From: Rhodoluna sp. | GTDB taxonomy: Bacteria; Actinomycetota; Actinomycetes; Actinomycetales; Microbacteriaceae | Reading direction: 5' to 3' | NCBI GenBank assembly: GCA_032111565.1 | Contig: JAULUM010000018.1 | Location: forward strand, 40,123 to 104,122 | Length of the DNA stretch: 64,000 bases | Shown: piece by piece, positions 20,743 through 32,673 of the stretch | Position numbering within the stretch: the stretch's first letter is position 1 | Layout of the letters: every line of letters starts with the position of its first letter | Notes under the pieces: generated by a model | Told to the model about the DNA's origin: nothing | Databases searched by the model: none | The model's input: only the letters and a program-made list of their open reading frames with translations | Program-made: the position numbers and the translations under genes

Positions 20743-21293
20743 TTCGCGATTAGAGCCATTACTTCGGTTCTAGCTGCTGCTTCACTGTATTCACCACGAG
20801 TAGCCATGGTCACAGTGTTAGCTTCAGGTTGTCTTGCTCCACGAGATGCAACACAGTGATGTCTGGCCTCAATCACAACAACAACTCCCCTAGTTCCAAG
20901 ACCTTGTTCTAAAGCATCAGCAATTTGAGCAGTTAGGTTTTCTTGTAACTGAGGTCTAGCAGAAAGAATCTCGACTAGCTTAGGTAATCTTCCTAAACCA
21001 ATTACTCGATCATTTGGTAGATACGCGATGTGTGCAACACCTGTGAAAGGAAGTAGGTGATGTTCACAAATACTTACTAACTCAATGTCTTTGAGAATGA
21101 CAACATCGTTGTGTTCAGCAGGAAAGGTTTCACTCAAAGCATCCAAAGGATTAACGCCGACACCAGCAAAGAAACCTTTGTATGCATCAGCAAACTTCTC
21201 TGGAGTTGCCTTCAGTTCTTCACGGTTCGGGTCTTCACCGATAGCCGAAATCAACTCAACAACAGCTGCTTTGATTCTCTCGGCGTCAACCAT
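20739..21293 (-). CDS. folE: GTP cyclohydrolase I
   Basis: SICEHHLLPF, RPQLQE, HHCVASRG. Confidence 0.94.
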   Translation of the reverse strand: MVDAERIKAAVVELISAIGEDPNREELKATPEKFADAYKGFFAGVGVNPLDALSETFPAEHNDVVILKDIELVSICEHHLLPFTGVAHIAYLPNDRVIGLGRLPKLVEILSARPQLQENLTAQIADALEQGLGTRGVVVVIEARHHCVASRGARQPEANTVTMATRGEYSEAAARTEVMALIAK

Positions 21294-21296
21294 TGA

Positions 21297-23285
21297 CTAA
21301 GCCTTTTTAGCTCTTGCTGGCTTCTTAGTAGCAGGCTTCTTGGCTTCAGCCTTTGAAGCCTCTGCCTTCTTAGAAGCAGTTGAGCCCTTAGCTGGAATAG
21401 CGATAGGGCCCTGCTTAGGCTTTGGTCTGGTCTTCTTTGATAGCCACTGAGGACGCTTAGGAAGCTTCTTCACTGACTTGAAGATAACTGCAATCTCTTC
21501 AGCGTTCAGAGTTTCTTTTTCCATAAGCTCTTTTGCCATGGTGTCTAAGACTTTGCGGTTTAGATTTAGGGCTTTGTATGCCTCATCGTGAGCTGCATCA
21601 AGGATTGCTCTAATTTCCTTGTCGATGTTTTCTGCAGTGACATCGCTGTATTCCTTGGTGCTCGCCATGTCTCTACCAATGAATACTTCACCAGCAGTGC
21701 CGTAAGCTACTGAACCAACCAAGCTAGACATTCCATATTGCATAACCATTGCCTTAGCAATTGATGTTGCCTTCTCGAAGTCATTAGATGCGCCTGTAGT
21801 TGGATCTCCGAAGACAATTTCTTCTGCAACACGTCCACCCATTGCATAAGCAATCTGGTCTAGTAGTTGATTGCGAGTTACTGAGTAACGATCTTCTAGT
21901 GGAAGGACCATGGTGTAACCAAGCGCTCTACCTCTAGGAAGGATTGTCACCTTAGAAACAGGATCGCTGTTATTCATTGAAGCAGCAACTAGTGCGTGAC
22001 CTGCTTCGTGATAAGCAGTGTTCAATCTTTCTGAATCCTGCATTAGACGAGTCTTCTTTGCAGGACCTCCGATAACACGATCTATTGATTCATCAAGTGT
22101 TGCGTTAGTAATCTGCTTCTCACCCAAGCGAGCGGTTAGCAAAGCTGCTTCATTTAGAACGTTTGCTAGATCTGCACCAGTGAAACCAGGAGTTCTTCTA
22201 GCAACAGTGGCTAGGTCAACATCTGCTGCAACCGGCTTACCCTTAGCGTGAACTTTTAGAATCTGTTCGCGACCAATTAGATCTGGAGCTGAAACTCCAA
22301 CTTGTCTATCGAAACGACCTGGACGCAATAGCGCAGGGTCTAGAACGTCTGGACGGTTAGTAGCTGCAATCAAAATAACGTTGGTCTTTGAATCAAAACC
22401 ATCCATCTCAACTAGCAACTGGTTAAGTGTCTGCTCACGCTCATCGTTACCGCCACCAACACCAGCTCCACGCTGACGACCAACAGCATCAATTTCATCT
22501 ACGAAGATGATTGCTGGAGATGCTTGCTTAGCTTGCTCGAATAGATCACGAACACGCGAAGCACCGACACCAACAAACATTTCAACAAAGTCAGAACCTG
22601 AGATTGTGAAGAAAGGAACTCCAGCTTCACCCGCTACTGCCTTAGCAAGAAGAGTCTTACCTGTTCCTGGAGGACCGTATAGCAATACACCTCTAGGAAT
22701 CTTTGCTCCAACTGCTTGGAACTTAGCTGGTTCCTTTAGGAAGTCTTTAACCTCAAGAAGTTCTTCAATAGCTTCATCAACACCAGCAACATCGGCGAAG
22801 GTAACCTTCGGCATGTCCTTGTTGTAAAGCTTTGCTCTTGACTTACCGAACTGCATCACCTTGCTGTTGCCACCTTGAGCACCAGCCATTAGGAACCAGA
22901 ACAAACCAAAGATAAGTAGGAAAGGCAAAATGGTGAACAACAGTTGCAGATACCAAGGAGTGCTGGTTACCTGATCATTGAAACCATCGCTTAGCGCTGC
23001 TTCAGAAATTGTTGTTGCAACCTGTGTGCCACGAGGTGTCACATAGAAGAACTGGATCTTGTCGCCATACTTCACATCTGCAGTGTTTAGGACAACATCA
23101 ACGCGCTGCTCATTCTCAATAACGAGTACAGACTTGGCAGTTCCACTTTCAATGAACTCAAGTCCCACAGAAGTGTCCACTCGTTGGAAGCCAGTTGTGT
23201 TAACTGAGTTCAAGCCAATGGTTAGCACTGCTAGAGCAACAAAAATCCAGAAAAATGGACCTCGTAAAAATTTGCGTGATTTCAT
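21297..23285 (-). CDS. ftsH: ATP-dependent zinc metalloprotease FtsH
   Basis: [27 protein letters not shown]. Confidence 0.97.
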   Translation of the reverse strand: MKSRKFLRGPFFWIFVALAVLTIGLNSVNTTGFQRVDTSVGLEFIESGTAKSVLVIENEQRVDVVLNTADVKYGDKIQFFYVTPRGTQVATTISEAALSDGFNDQVTSTPWYLQLLFTILPFLLIFGLFWFLMAGAQGGNSKVMQFGKSRAKLYNKDMPKVTFADVAGVDEAIEELLEVKDFLKEPAKFQAVGAKIPRGVLLYGPPGTGKTLLAKAVAGEAGVPFFTISGSDFVEMFVGVGASRVRDLFEQAKQASPAIIFVDEIDAVGRQRGAGVGGGNDEREQTLNQLLVEMDGFDSKTNVILIAATNRPDVLDPALLRPGRFDRQVGVSAPDLIGREQILKVHAKGKPVAADVDLATVARRTPGFTGADLANVLNEAALLTARLGEKQITNATLDESIDRVIGGPAKKTRLMQDSERLNTAYHEAGHALVAASMNNSDPVSKVTILPRGRALGYTMVLPLEDRYSVTRNQLLDQIAYAMGGRVAEEIVFGDPTTGASNDFEKATSIAKAMVMQYGMSSLVGSVAYGTAGEVFIGRDMASTKEYSDVTAENIDKEIRAILDAAHDEAYKALNLNRKVLDTMAKELMEKETLNAEEIAVIFKSVKKLPKRPQWLSKKTRPKPKQGPIAIPAKGSTASKKAEASKAEAKKPATKKPARAKKA

Positions 23286-23399
23286 ATAAGAGGCTAAGCC
23301 CCTACCTTCCTAATACAACAAGACCAAGTACTAGGCTACAAGCCAAACGGGACAGATTAACCCCCGTATTTGCCTTGTTCGCAGAGAGATTAACAGTTT

Positions 23400-23951
23400 T
23401 TAGCTGTAAACAGCTGGGGCTAGGACCCCTACATCCTTCAAGGTTCGGTAGTGCTCTGCATAGTCAAGGCCATAGCCGACAACAAACTCGTTAGGGATAT
23501 CAAAGCCAACCCAAGCAACTTCAACCTCTACCTTGGCTGCATCTGGCTTACGAAGGAGGGCAACAACTTCAACCGATGCTGCTCCTCGAGCGGTTAGGTT
23601 GCTAATTAGCCAAGACAAGGTAAGACCTGAGTCAATAATGTCTTCAACAATCAATACATTTCTACCCAGAACATCAGCGTCTAGATCCTTCAAGATTCGA
23701 ACCACACCTGAAGACTGTGTTCCTGAGCCATAAGAAGAAACAGCCATCCAGTCCATGGTTACCGGTAACTGGATTGCTCTGGATAGATCAGCCATGAACA
23801 TGACTGCACCCTTTAGAACTCCAACAAGCAGCAGGTCTTTACCTTCATACTTGTTTTCAATCTCGCGAGCTAACTCTTCGATACGGTTAGCAATTTGTTC
23901 TTCGGTTACTAAGACCTTAGTGATGTCCTTCTGGACTTTATCGAGGTTCAC
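23400..23951 (-). CDS. hpt: Hypoxanthine phosphoribosyltransferase
   Basis: [22 protein letters not shown]. Confidence 0.95.
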   Translation of the reverse strand: MNLDKVQKDITKVLVTEEQIANRIEELAREIENKYEGKDLLLVGVLKGAVMFMADLSRAIQLPVTMDWMAVSSYGSGTQSSGVVRILKDLDADVLGRNVLIVEDIIDSGLTLSWLISNLTARGAASVEVVALLRKPDAAKVEVEVAWVGFDIPNEFVVGYGLDYAEHYRTLKDVGVLAPAVYS

Positions 23952-24971
23952 CTAGCATGCTCCTGGCTTCATAGTTTTAGTGCTTTTGAGAATAATCTCT
24001 TTGCTCTTTCGCTCTACTCTAACGGAGGGAAGGGTCAAAGGTTTTTGACCATGCCAATTAGTTACCAGCTCCATAACGGAGTCGATTTGAACCTTGGCTG
24101 GTTCTGTACCCAATAGGGAAAGAGATTTATGAATCACCCTAGTTGCTAGGGCTTTAGGAAGGTTTTCCAAACCTTCAGTATCAATAACTACTGAGTTGTT
24201 CGTGGTCTTCGCGACCGAACTGAAGGCTTCAGCTGCTTGAGCCTCTAGGTATTCCAAATCATCCTGCAGAATCTCAGCTGTTCTTGAAAGAGCACTTGCA
24301 ATACCGGGACCTAGCTCTGCTTCAAGAACAGGTAATACGTTTAGTCTTACTTTGACTCTGGAGAATTTGGTATCTAGGTTCTGAGGATCAGACCAGTAAT
24401 CAAGTCCTAGGTCTTCACAATAGGAAACTGTTTCTTTTCTTGTAATTCCAAGTAGTGGCCTGAGGTATTTGCCATCAGGAGAAAGTGTTGGCATACCAGC
24501 AATTGATTTAGCACCAGATCCTCTTGCTAAACCAAGTAAGACTGTCTCTGCTTGATCATCAAGTGTGTGACCAAGCATTGTGACGAAAGCACTGTGTTTG
24601 TTTGCAAACTCCGTAAGAGCTCCATAACGAGCATTTCTAGCAGCTGCTTCCATCCCTAAGGAGTTCTGTTGGACGACTACATCCATAATCTCAACAATAT
24701 CAAAGCCGATCTCCGTAAGAACTCCTTTAGTTCTTAGAGCGACCTCCATAGAACCTTCCTGGAGATTGTGATTGACAATCACAGCAATAACTTTGATCTC
24801 TGCTCGATTACCTTCAAATAGTGCAGCACTGGCCAGAGCTAATGAGTCTGCTCCTCCGGAGCAGGCAACGGCAATCGTGCTTCCTTTATCTAGGTTGAGA
24901 TTAGTCCAGCTATCCCGAACTGCACGGCGAACATCAGCCATGACTGGGCTTAGCCTAGGTCGCTCGGACAT
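23952..24971 (-). CDS. tilS: tRNA(Ile)-lysidine synthetase
   Basis: [21 protein letters not shown]. Confidence 0.94.
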   Translation of the reverse strand: MSERPRLSPVMADVRRAVRDSWTNLNLDKGSTIAVACSGGADSLALASAALFEGNRAEIKVIAVIVNHNLQEGSMEVALRTKGVLTEIGFDIVEIMDVVVQQNSLGMEAAARNARYGALTEFANKHSAFVTMLGHTLDDQAETVLLGLARGSGAKSIAGMPTLSPDGKYLRPLLGITRKETVSYCEDLGLDYWSDPQNLDTKFSRVKVRLNVLPVLEAELGPGIASALSRTAEILQDDLEYLEAQAAEAFSSVAKTTNNSVVIDTEGLENLPKALATRVIHKSLSLLGTEPAKVQIDSVMELVTNWHGQKPLTLPSVRVERKSKEIILKSTKTMKPGAC

Positions 24972-25018
24972 TGTCGCCTTTCGGTATTCTTTATGTATCT
25001 AGCCTATTTAGGAGAACC

Positions 25019-25513
25019 ATGTCTATTGACGCCATCATCGAGATTCCTCGTGGAAGCCGTAACAAATATGAGGTTGACCACGAGTCAGGCCGTGTCCGTC
25101 TGGACCGTGTACTGTTCACACCTTTTGTTTATCCAGTTGACTACGGATACTTCGACAACACTCTAGGTGGCGATGGCGACCCATTAGATGCAATGGTCCT
25201 TCTTGAATTCCCTCTTTTCCCAGGCGTTGTAGTCGAGGTTCGACCAGTTGGTGTCTTGCCTATGGAAGACGATGGCGGCATCGACGAGAAGATCATCTGT
25301 GTTCCAGTCAAGGACAAGCGTTGGGCTCACATTCAGGACATCAACGATGTTCCTCAGCAGACCAAAGATGAGATTGAACACTTCTTCACTCACTACAAAG
25401 ACCTAGAGCCAGGCAAATGGGTCAAGGTTGGTAAGTGGGCAGGTAAGGATGAAGCTCAGCGTCTAATTGATGAATCTATTGAAAGATTCAAAGCTGAGGG
25501 CGGGCACCAATAG
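25019..25513 (+). CDS. ppa: Inorganic pyrophosphatase
   Basis: DGDPLD, NKYEVDH, HYKDLE; ATG at 25019 after AGGAG. Confidence 0.94.
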   Translation: MSIDAIIEIPRGSRNKYEVDHESGRVRLDRVLFTPFVYPVDYGYFDNTLGGDGDPLDAMVLLEFPLFPGVVVEVRPVGVLPMEDDGGIDEKIICVPVKDKRWAHIQDINDVPQQTKDEIEHFFTHYKDLEPGKWVKVGKWAGKDEAQRLIDESIERFKAEGGHQ

Positions 25514-26330
25514 TAGTAACTGCTTTTGCAGCAGTCTTTGTTGCATTCGCAATTGCACTATTTAGTTCAACACCCTTAGATAGGTTCGCAATCAGTGAGC
25601 CTGCGAAAGCATCGCCGGCACCCGTTGGATCTATTGCAGTTACCTTCTCTGCTTCAAAGGAATTAGTTTTTATTCCCTCTATATAAAGGTCAACACCTTC
25701 GCTACCTTTAGTCACGATTGTGATGTGTGAACATCCTGTAGATAGCAGTTCAAACTCTTCTTCATTCGGCAAAAGAATGTCAACGCCGTTGATTGAAGAC
25801 TTGAACAAATCAACACCAAAGTCTTTGATGTAACCGGAAGAGCCTGGGTCTATAGCGAGTAGTGCTCCAGCATCTTGAACCCTAAAGATAAAGTTCTTTA
25901 TCTCGGCTTCTGATCTTCCGAACAGTGTGTAGCCAGATAGAAACACATAAGAGAAATCGCTTAGGTAATCAATAGTTAGATCTTCAAGTGATAACTCTTT
26001 GTTTGCTCCCCTATTGGTGAGCATGCTCCTTGAATCTCCTTCAACTAAAACAACAATTGATCCAGTTGGTGAAGTTGTACTTGTTTGCAATTCTGTGTGA
26101 ACACCAAAGCTTTCAAATTCTTTTGATACTCGCTCCTGGTCACTAATACCAACACAGCCGATGAAAGTAACTTCAGCACCTTCAGCTGCAGCCCAACTAG
26201 CCATGTTGCTAGCCGATCCACCAAGTGTTTGTGTAATAAGTGCATTGGTATCTGTATTGGCTCTAACTGCTCCTTCAGGAACAACGATGATGTCATCAAT
26301 GACATCGCCAATAACTAGAACTCGTTCCAC
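25488..26330 (-). CDS. PfkB-family kinase, probable pseudouridine kinase
   Basis: [15 protein letters not shown]; translationally coupled to psuG. Confidence 0.78.
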   Translation of the reverse strand: MERVLVIGDVIDDIIVVPEGAVRANTDTNALITQTLGGSASNMASWAAAEGAEVTFIGCVGISDQERVSKEFESFGVHTELQTSTTSPTGSIVVLVEGDSRSMLTNRGANKELSLEDLTIDYLSDFSYVFLSGYTLFGRSEAEIKNFIFRVQDAGALLAIDPGSSGYIKDFGVDLFKSSINGVDILLPNEEEFELLSTGCSHITIVTKGSEGVDLYIEGIKTNSFEAEKVTAIDPTGAGDAFAGSLIANLSKGVELNSAIANATKTAAKAVTTIGARPQL

Positions 26331-27238
26331 TAGTTCACTTTCGACCAGGATGTTGCAATCTGCCCAGCTAGCTTGACGTTGTTTCTTGCTAGATCAAGAT
26401 TCACTTCAAGGCTTCTTCCCTTTGACTCTTCAACAATGAAGCCAAGAAGGAAAGGAGTAACAGCTTTACCGTGAACACCAGCAGCATCTGCTGCCTTGAA
26501 CGCAATCTGAAGAACACGGTCGTGTTCTGCTGGATCCCACTGCAGTTCTAATGGAATTGGGTTAGCAATAACGATTCCCTGGTTATGTCCCAGTTCGTCT
26601 TGAGATTTCATTGCCTGGGCAATCTGATCTGTTGTGTCGAGTGACCAGTCAATCTGTAATCCTGACTTGTTCAGCCAGAAGGCTGGAAATTCTTTAGTCT
26701 GCCAACCAATAACTGGCACTGAAAGTGATTCAAGTCTTTCTAGTGTCGCTGAGATATCTAGAACTGATTTCACACCGGCACAAACAACAGTGATTGGAGT
26801 AACTGCAAGCGTCGATAGATCTGCTGATTCATCGAAAGTCGTGTTAGCTCCTCTGTGCACTCCACCTAGACCACCGGTAGCAAACACACGAATACCTGCA
26901 AGTGAAGCAAGATGAGCAGTAGCAGCAACGGTTGTTGCGCCACTTTCTTTACGGGCAGCAAGAATAGGAATATCTCTAACGCTTGCCTTTGCTAGATCTT
27001 CATTAGCGATTCGTTCAACACCAGCTGAATCCAAACCAATCTGAGGAACACCATCAAGGATTGCAATAGTTGCAGGAGTTACTCCCTGTTCTCTAAGAAT
27101 GCTCTCGAACTCAATAGCTGCAGCTAGGTTCTGAGGTCTTGGTAAGCCATGAGAGATGATGGTTGATTCAAGGGCCACAACAGGCTTACCTGCATCTAAG
27201 GCCGCTGCTACTTCTTTGGACAATTGGAAAGGTTTCAT
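26330..27238 (-). CDS. psuG: Pseudouridine-5'-phosphate glycosidase
   Basis: VVALESTIISHG, TGGLGGVHRG, GVKSVLD, GKAVTPFLL. Confidence 0.93.
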   Translation of the reverse strand: MKPFQLSKEVAAALDAGKPVVALESTIISHGLPRPQNLAAAIEFESILREQGVTPATIAILDGVPQIGLDSAGVERIANEDLAKASVRDIPILAARKESGATTVAATAHLASLAGIRVFATGGLGGVHRGANTTFDESADLSTLAVTPITVVCAGVKSVLDISATLERLESLSVPVIGWQTKEFPAFWLNKSGLQIDWSLDTTDQIAQAMKSQDELGHNQGIVIANPIPLELQWDPAEHDRVLQIAFKAADAAGVHGKAVTPFLLGFIVEESKGRSLEVNLDLARNNVKLAGQIATSWSKVN

Positions 27239-27281
27239 GCATCAAGGTTAACCCACCTAATTGAGGAGATAGCATCAAAGT

Positions 27282-28295
27282 ATGCAGAGCCCACTAAGTT
27301 TCCTTGAAGGAGTAAGGCATCCTGAAGCCTTCCACGGTAAAGGCAAGGGAAGCCCTTTCTTTGAAGGTTGGTATGTGAAGTTAGTTTCAGCCGATCTCTC
27401 TCAACGCTGGGCAGTAATCCCTGGAATCTTCAAGGGCATTGATAAAGCCGATAGCAATGAGCGTAAAAGCAAAGATGAGGCTTTCATCCAAGTTCTTGAT
27501 GGTTCAACCGGAAGAAGCTGGTTTCACTCTTTCGATAGCTCTGAGTTCAAAGCTTCTGCAAACAAGTTTGAAGTTCAAATAGGCAACAACTTCTTCAGTG
27601 AAAATGAAGTAAGACTTGATCTTCCTCAATTACAGGGAACCATAAAGATAACTACACCTTTTATCCAATGGCCAGTAACTCTAAGAAGCCCAGGCATCAT
27701 GGGTTGGTATGGACTAGTTCCATTCATGGAATGCTTCCACGGCATTGTTAGCTTCGGTCATCAACTAGAAGGATCTCTAAAGGTAGAGGGCAAAGAACAG
27801 TCTTTCTCTAAAGGCAAAGGTTACATAGAAACAGATTGGGGCAAAGGTTTCCCTTCCGGTTATATCTGGATGCAAACCAATCACTTTGATTTCAACAACG
27901 AGACATCTCTTATTGCATCCTGCGCAATCATTCCTTGGATTGGAAAATCCTTTAGAGGATTCATCATGGGCATGATGCATGAAGGAAAGCTTTATAGCTG
28001 GACAACTTATAACGGTGCCAAAGAACTGGAACTAAGAGTTGATGACAGTCATGTGTTCTGGAAAGTAACAGGACCAGATGGAACGCTAGATATAAAGGCG
28101 GAGCGAACTCGAGGTGGATTACTTCATGCACCTCTTCATAAAGACATGCATAGAAGAGTTGAAGAGACCATGGACTCAACTGTTGAGATCACACTAACTT
28201 CCCCTGAAGGTAAAGAGATTGTAAGCGGCACTGGAACAGCAGCTGCGCTTGAGATCTTTGGAGAACTAGAAAAACTTCTTGCATACAAGAAGTGA
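27282..28295 (+). CDS. Tocopherol cyclase family protein
   Basis: FFEGWY, IMGW..VPFMECFHG, GYIETDWGKGFP..YIWMQ. Confidence 0.78.
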   Translation: MQSPLSFLEGVRHPEAFHGKGKGSPFFEGWYVKLVSADLSQRWAVIPGIFKGIDKADSNERKSKDEAFIQVLDGSTGRSWFHSFDSSEFKASANKFEVQIGNNFFSENEVRLDLPQLQGTIKITTPFIQWPVTLRSPGIMGWYGLVPFMECFHGIVSFGHQLEGSLKVEGKEQSFSKGKGYIETDWGKGFPSGYIWMQTNHFDFNNETSLIASCAIIPWIGKSFRGFIMGMMHEGKLYSWTTYNGAKELELRVDDSHVFWKVTGPDGTLDIKAERTRGGLLHAPLHKDMHRRVEETMDSTVEITLTSPEGKEIVSGTGTAAALEIFGELEKLLAYKK

Positions 28296-28296
28296 T

Positions 28297-30078
28297 TTAG
28301 ATTCCCCCACCTCCACCGCCGCCACTGCCGCCACCGGCTGATCCCCCACCACTACTTCCTCCTGTAGAGGCAACACTCAGCGATTGATTGAGTACCTGAT
28401 CTAAGTTAGTGAAACTTTGTGAGAACACTGGTGCCCCAACAAACCACGTTGGTGTTTCATTCTTTTCATAAAGATTGTTCAGAACACCATTCCATTGCTT
28501 GTGAAGTCCAAGCAGAATTGCCCAAGGAAGAATCTCCTCATAAAGCTTCAATACCGTCTTACCTTCAACCTCTGAAGGTTTAAGAGAAGCTCCCTGAGGT
28601 GACTGAAGGAAAGCTAAACGATCTTGCTCAGCAAGTTTGATGTATACAGCCATTCCCTTGACATGATCTTCAACAACTGATCCTTTAGTGGTTAGGGCTT
28701 TCTTGGACAGAATCACCCAATATGCCGTTACATAAGGGAATGCAAAGAAAAAAGGAATGAGTGTGAAGAAAGATACGCTCTCTGAATCAACTCGAGCTGC
28801 AAAGAAGAAAAGTGCCACAATAGCTGCCATCACGCCCACAAACACAAGTGCGGGGATTCCTAGTGCTCTCTTTCTGAAGTAGCCAGAGGAGTTGGCTTGC
28901 TTGACAAAAGTAGCTTTCAACTTCAAGAGATCAGAAGAAAGCTTTGTTTGTTCCTCAGCATCCATGTCTGCTGAAAGACTCATCGCTGCTCCAGGCGTTG
29001 ACAGTCCAAGAGTATTCAAAATAGCTAGCTGATTCTTGTTTGTGGTTTGCAGAGAGGTTCTTCTCAGGATGAATGCGCTCTTCTTTGAATCAGCGACTTC
29101 TTCGATCTCAATTAGTTTCTTGATGGCTAGCTCGATGACGCTGGCTTGGTGAAGGTGTCCTTGCTTTCGTGCAACAACTGCAGCAATAACTAAGTCGGGT
29201 TCCTTAGGCGGCTGATACTGAGGAACTATGAATGCTGCTTCATCTTGGTCTTTCAATTTTGTAACTCGATAGTAAACAGCCCAAACCAAAATGGCTATTA
29301 GAACCATGAGCGAAAGGATGAATCCTAAAAAGCCGGAACTCTCGACTGCCTTTGGGCCATCAACATTGGCAACACCGGCTTTGAATCCAATAGCGACCGT
29401 TTGAGTTTCTTGGGCTTGGAGATTCTCGGAAGTGAATACATAAGTATTCTCACTGGGTTGACTGACCTTACAAGATCCAGTAGATCCGAAGGTACCTTCG
29501 TAGCAACGCATTGATTTGGGCACAACATTTGCTGCAAGGACTGGATCAAGAATTACAGTTGCAGTGACTCGACCGAAGTTTTGTAACCAACCGTTACCGT
29601 TTATATCCCAATAAAACTCACTGACCTTGTCTAACCCATCGCCACTCTCGAAGTTACTGAGAACCCAGTTCTGTTTGTATTTGATTACGTAGGTTTGTTT
29701 GCCAAAGACATAGGAGTTATCACTTGATTTGATGGCTAGGTGTAGAAACTCTCCGTCTTCACTTTGCTCGAACTCTCTTTGTTTGCCATCTTCATTTGTG
29801 ACGGAGATAACTTCGATTTGACCTGGGAATAGTTGGTAACTCTTTAGGGGGATACTTCTTCTAATTCCCTTGTTCTGTTCAACCATTGGAAATACTGCTA
29901 CCAACTTTTCGGTGACAAGCATTTCAGGTCTTTTGTCTTCAGCTTCATCCACTGAGATCTCATATGTTGCATCAAAGCTCTCAAAGGAGAAGTCATTCAC
30001 ATCTGCTGAGCTCGCACTGATTGGTGCGTAAGCGAACAATACGAATGAAGCGATCAGAAGCTTTACAAAGAGTTTCAT
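28297..30078 (-). CDS. DUF2207 membrane protein
   Basis: EFYWDINGNGW, YEEILPWAILLG, Gly-rich C-terminus GGGSGGGGGGGI; ATG at 30078 preferred (TACAGT-6nt-ATG). Confidence 0.82.
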   Translation of the reverse strand: MKLFVKLLIASFVLFAYAPISASSADVNDFSFESFDATYEISVDEAEDKRPEMLVTEKLVAVFPMVEQNKGIRRSIPLKSYQLFPGQIEVISVTNEDGKQREFEQSEDGEFLHLAIKSSDNSYVFGKQTYVIKYKQNWVLSNFESGDGLDKVSEFYWDINGNGWLQNFGRVTATVILDPVLAANVVPKSMRCYEGTFGSTGSCKVSQPSENTYVFTSENLQAQETQTVAIGFKAGVANVDGPKAVESSGFLGFILSLMVLIAILVWAVYYRVTKLKDQDEAAFIVPQYQPPKEPDLVIAAVVARKQGHLHQASVIELAIKKLIEIEEVADSKKSAFILRRTSLQTTNKNQLAILNTLGLSTPGAAMSLSADMDAEEQTKLSSDLLKLKATFVKQANSSGYFRKRALGIPALVFVGVMAAIVALFFFAARVDSESVSFFTLIPFFFAFPYVTAYWVILSKKALTTKGSVVEDHVKGMAVYIKLAEQDRLAFLQSPQGASLKPSEVEGKTVLKLYEEILPWAILLGLHKQWNGVLNNLYEKNETPTWFVGAPVFSQSFTNLDQVLNQSLSVASTGGSSGGGSAGGGSGGGGGGGI

Positions 30079-30125
30079 GCTGTAACTGTACCCATAACGA
30101 CTAAAGCCCCCATTTCTACTGGAAT

Positions 30126-30497
30126 TTACCTTTGCATCTTGCAAGCTGGAGTTCCTCCAGGCAGCTTCTGGCGATACTTAGCAACTAGTGCATAACCAGG
30201 TTTAGCAAGCCAAACAAAAGGTGGAATGAGAATCAAACTACCAATTGCTCTCAAAACGATGTTGTTTTGAATCTTGAACAGGTTTGCGAAAGCTTCATGC
30301 CCTGCAAAGTTCTTACCATCGACCACTAGGTAGACCTTGGCTGTTACTTGCTCAAGGGTTAGGCCATGAACCTTTGGGTCTATGAATTGAAAAGGAGTTG
30401 CCTCAATAGGAGTTGAAGTGTGTTTGAGAATGAAATTGGTTGCAGTCGTGCAGAAGCCACAGTCACCGTCAAAAATCAGTAAAGGCTTTGCTTGCAT
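30126..30497 (-). CDS. DCC (DUF393) thiol-disulfide oxidoreductase family protein
   Basis: FDGDCGFC, YALVAKYR..LPGGTPAC. Confidence 0.85.
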   Translation of the reverse strand: MQAKPLLIFDGDCGFCTTATNFILKHTSTPIEATPFQFIDPKVHGLTLEQVTAKVYLVVDGKNFAGHEAFANLFKIQNNIVLRAIGSLILIPPFVWLAKPGYALVAKYRQKLPGGTPACKMQR

Positions 30498-30529
30498 ATC
30501 TAAAGCCTACGCCTCTAAAGGATGCTGCT

Positions 30530-32008
30530 CTAGATAGTTCCTTTATCTAAGCCTTTTAGGACTAACTTGGCTCTATCTCTTAGTTCATCTAGGTCAGATA
30601 AACGGTCTAAACCTTTGAGCTGCTGAGCCATTCGATGGTTCATCTTGAATGTTTCACGATGTCTATCCAAGAAGTCCCAGTAAAGAGTTGAGAATGGACA
30701 AGCGTCATCACCTGATCGCTTCTTAGGGTCATAGACACATGTTTTACAGAACTCAGTCATGCGAGAGATGTAAGCCCCACCGGCAGGATATGGCTTAGTC
30801 ATCAGCTTGCCGCCATCAGCGTAGGTCCCCATGCCGATAATGTTGGGGACCATTACCCACTCGGAGGCATCGATGAAGTTCTCTCGCATCCAGTCAAGGA
30901 ACTCTTGAGGATTCACTCCTGTGATCAAAGCAAGGTTACTTAGAATCATCAGTCGTGGGATGTGATGGGTCCAGGCTCTCTTTTCTATATCAGCAACTAC
31001 TCCTTGAACACAGTTCATCTTGGTTGCCTGAGTGTTCTTGAAAACAGTGAGCAGAGTTCTATTTGCCTTCAACGCATTAGCTTCTCGGTATTCATAACCT
31101 AAGAACCAATACATGCCGTTTATATATTCACGCCAGCCAATTACTTGTCTTACGAAAGCTTCAACAGACTGAATTGCATAGTCGTTCTTCTTATAAGCCT
31201 TGATGGTTTCGGCAATAACTTCCGATGGATGAATGAGCCCATTGTTTAGATAAGGACTAATCAAGGAGTGGTGCATAGCCCAGTTGTCTTTAGCAACCGC
31301 ATCCTCGTAAGGACCAAAGGCATCCATGTGATGTTTCAAGAAGTGGCGAAGCTGAGCTAAAGCTCCGGCCCTAGTTGTCGCCCAGGTAGTGGATAGCTCG
31401 TGATTTAGTTCCTTAGCAACTTCAACATCTATCTCGTCTCTACTCTGTTCGAGATACGCGGGCCAGGTGTAATTCTTTGGCGGCGGCAATCTGTTGTCTT
31501 GATCAAAGTTCCATTGACCACCGACTGGTTTTCCATCTTCAACAAGAATTCCTAATCGAGTTCTTTGTAAACGGTAGAAGTTTTCCATCACAAAAGACTT
31601 TTGCTTTGAAGCCCAATCTCTGAACAAATCTCTAGGGGTTAGAAAGAAGTCATTAGGGACAAACTCAACACCGAACTCTTGCAATGCTTCAAACTGTTTT
31701 ATTGAAGATGGTTCAGCACAAATAATAGGTATGTCTTTGCCTAAAGACTTCTTTGCTTTCTCTAGTCCAGCAATAGTTGTGTCTGCTTTGATGTACTGAA
31801 CTTGAAAGGCTTTTGTCTCTAGCTCTTTAGCAAAGTGTCTAGCGGAAGAAATCATGAAGAACAGACGTTCCTTATGCCAATCCCTTCCAGTAACCATTCT
31901 CTTGCTCTCAACTAGGACAACAAGATCTGTTTTCGGGTTAGCTTTAGCAAGAGCACCGTGGCTCATGTTGAGATGGTCAAAGGGAATGTAGATGATTCTT
32001 GAAATCAT
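30530..32008 (-). CDS. Cryptochrome/photolyase, CryB/PhrB (FeS-BCP) type
   Basis: [44 protein letters not shown]; four FeS Cys (MNC, FCKTC, ACPF). Confidence 0.9.
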   Translation of the reverse strand: MISRIIYIPFDHLNMSHGALAKANPKTDLVVLVESKRMVTGRDWHKERLFFMISSARHFAKELETKAFQVQYIKADTTIAGLEKAKKSLGKDIPIICAEPSSIKQFEALQEFGVEFVPNDFFLTPRDLFRDWASKQKSFVMENFYRLQRTRLGILVEDGKPVGGQWNFDQDNRLPPPKNYTWPAYLEQSRDEIDVEVAKELNHELSTTWATTRAGALAQLRHFLKHHMDAFGPYEDAVAKDNWAMHHSLISPYLNNGLIHPSEVIAETIKAYKKNDYAIQSVEAFVRQVIGWREYINGMYWFLGYEYREANALKANRTLLTVFKNTQATKMNCVQGVVADIEKRAWTHHIPRLMILSNLALITGVNPQEFLDWMRENFIDASEWVMVPNIIGMGTYADGGKLMTKPYPAGGAYISRMTEFCKTCVYDPKKRSGDDACPFSTLYWDFLDRHRETFKMNHRMAQQLKGLDRLSDLDELRDRAKLVLKGLDKGTI

Positions 32009-32145
32009 GCGGCTTTACATTTCTTAGAGCAATACAGAACGTTGTCCCAATCTCTCTCCCACTTCTTACGCCATTCAAAAGGCTTCTTGCAGGTCACACA
32101 AATCTTAGGAGGAAAACCTCCCTTAGTTTTTGCAACTCTGGCCAT
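32005..32145 (-). CDS. DUF2256 family small Cys-rich protein (46 aa)
   Basis: Not in the ORF track. [46 protein letters not shown]; ATGA overlap with the photolyase start. Confidence 0.88.
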   Translation of the reverse strand: MARVAKTKGGFPPKICVTCKKPFEWRKKWERDWDNVLYCSKKCKAA

Positions 32146-32227
32146 GAGCCAAGAATAGTCGCTGACCTACATGGTTTTGAGATGAGTGCATGGCTAGAAT
32201 ACTTTTGTCCCGAAGGAAAGGTTCGTC

Positions 32228-32554
32228 ATGAGATTTCTTATTGCAGTCATAGATGATAGAAGTAACTCTGCTGACTCTAATGAGATGGCTGCTATCGACG
32301 AATTCAACGATCACCTAAGAGGCAAAGGTCAACTGATCATGGCTTGCGGCATCGAAGACCCGAGTTCTGCAACTGTGATTGATAACCGAAACTCTCTGGG
32401 TCAAGCAACTGATGGGCCTCTTCACAGCCTCCCTGAATTTATGTCCGGTTTCTGGATTATTTCAGTCGACTCAGAGGACGAGGCTCAAGAGCTAGCGGCC
32501 TGGGGTTCCAAGGCCTGTAACCGCAAGGTTGAGCTTAGAAAGCTGCACGGCTAG
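32228..32554 (+). CDS. YciI/DGPF-family protein
   Basis: TDGP, EFMSGFWII, EAQELA, KVELR. Confidence 0.78.
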   Translation: MRFLIAVIDDRSNSADSNEMAAIDEFNDHLRGKGQLIMACGIEDPSSATVIDNRNSLGQATDGPLHSLPEFMSGFWIISVDSEDEAQELAAWGSKACNRKVELRKLHG

Positions 32555-32621
32555 GCGGCTACTGCCTGCTTTTCGTAAACATAACGAAAATGTTAGGCGA
32601 CTTGAAGGCAAACTTTGCGGG

Positions 32622-32637
32622 CTGAAAGCGCATTCAG
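32622..32637. promoter_or_regulatory. LacI-family-like operator
   Basis: CTGAAAGCGCATTCAG near-perfect palindrome with central CG, upstream of the nucleotidase. Confidence 0.5.
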
Positions 32638-32673
32638 TGAAACAGGTCTGACCTGAAGAGTAGTATCTGCCTC

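Noticed and set aside
31999-32314. 85-aa (+) and 63-aa (-) track ORFs upstream of the photolyase
   Set aside because: The interval is better explained by the DUF2256 gene (32005-32145) and the YciI-like gene.
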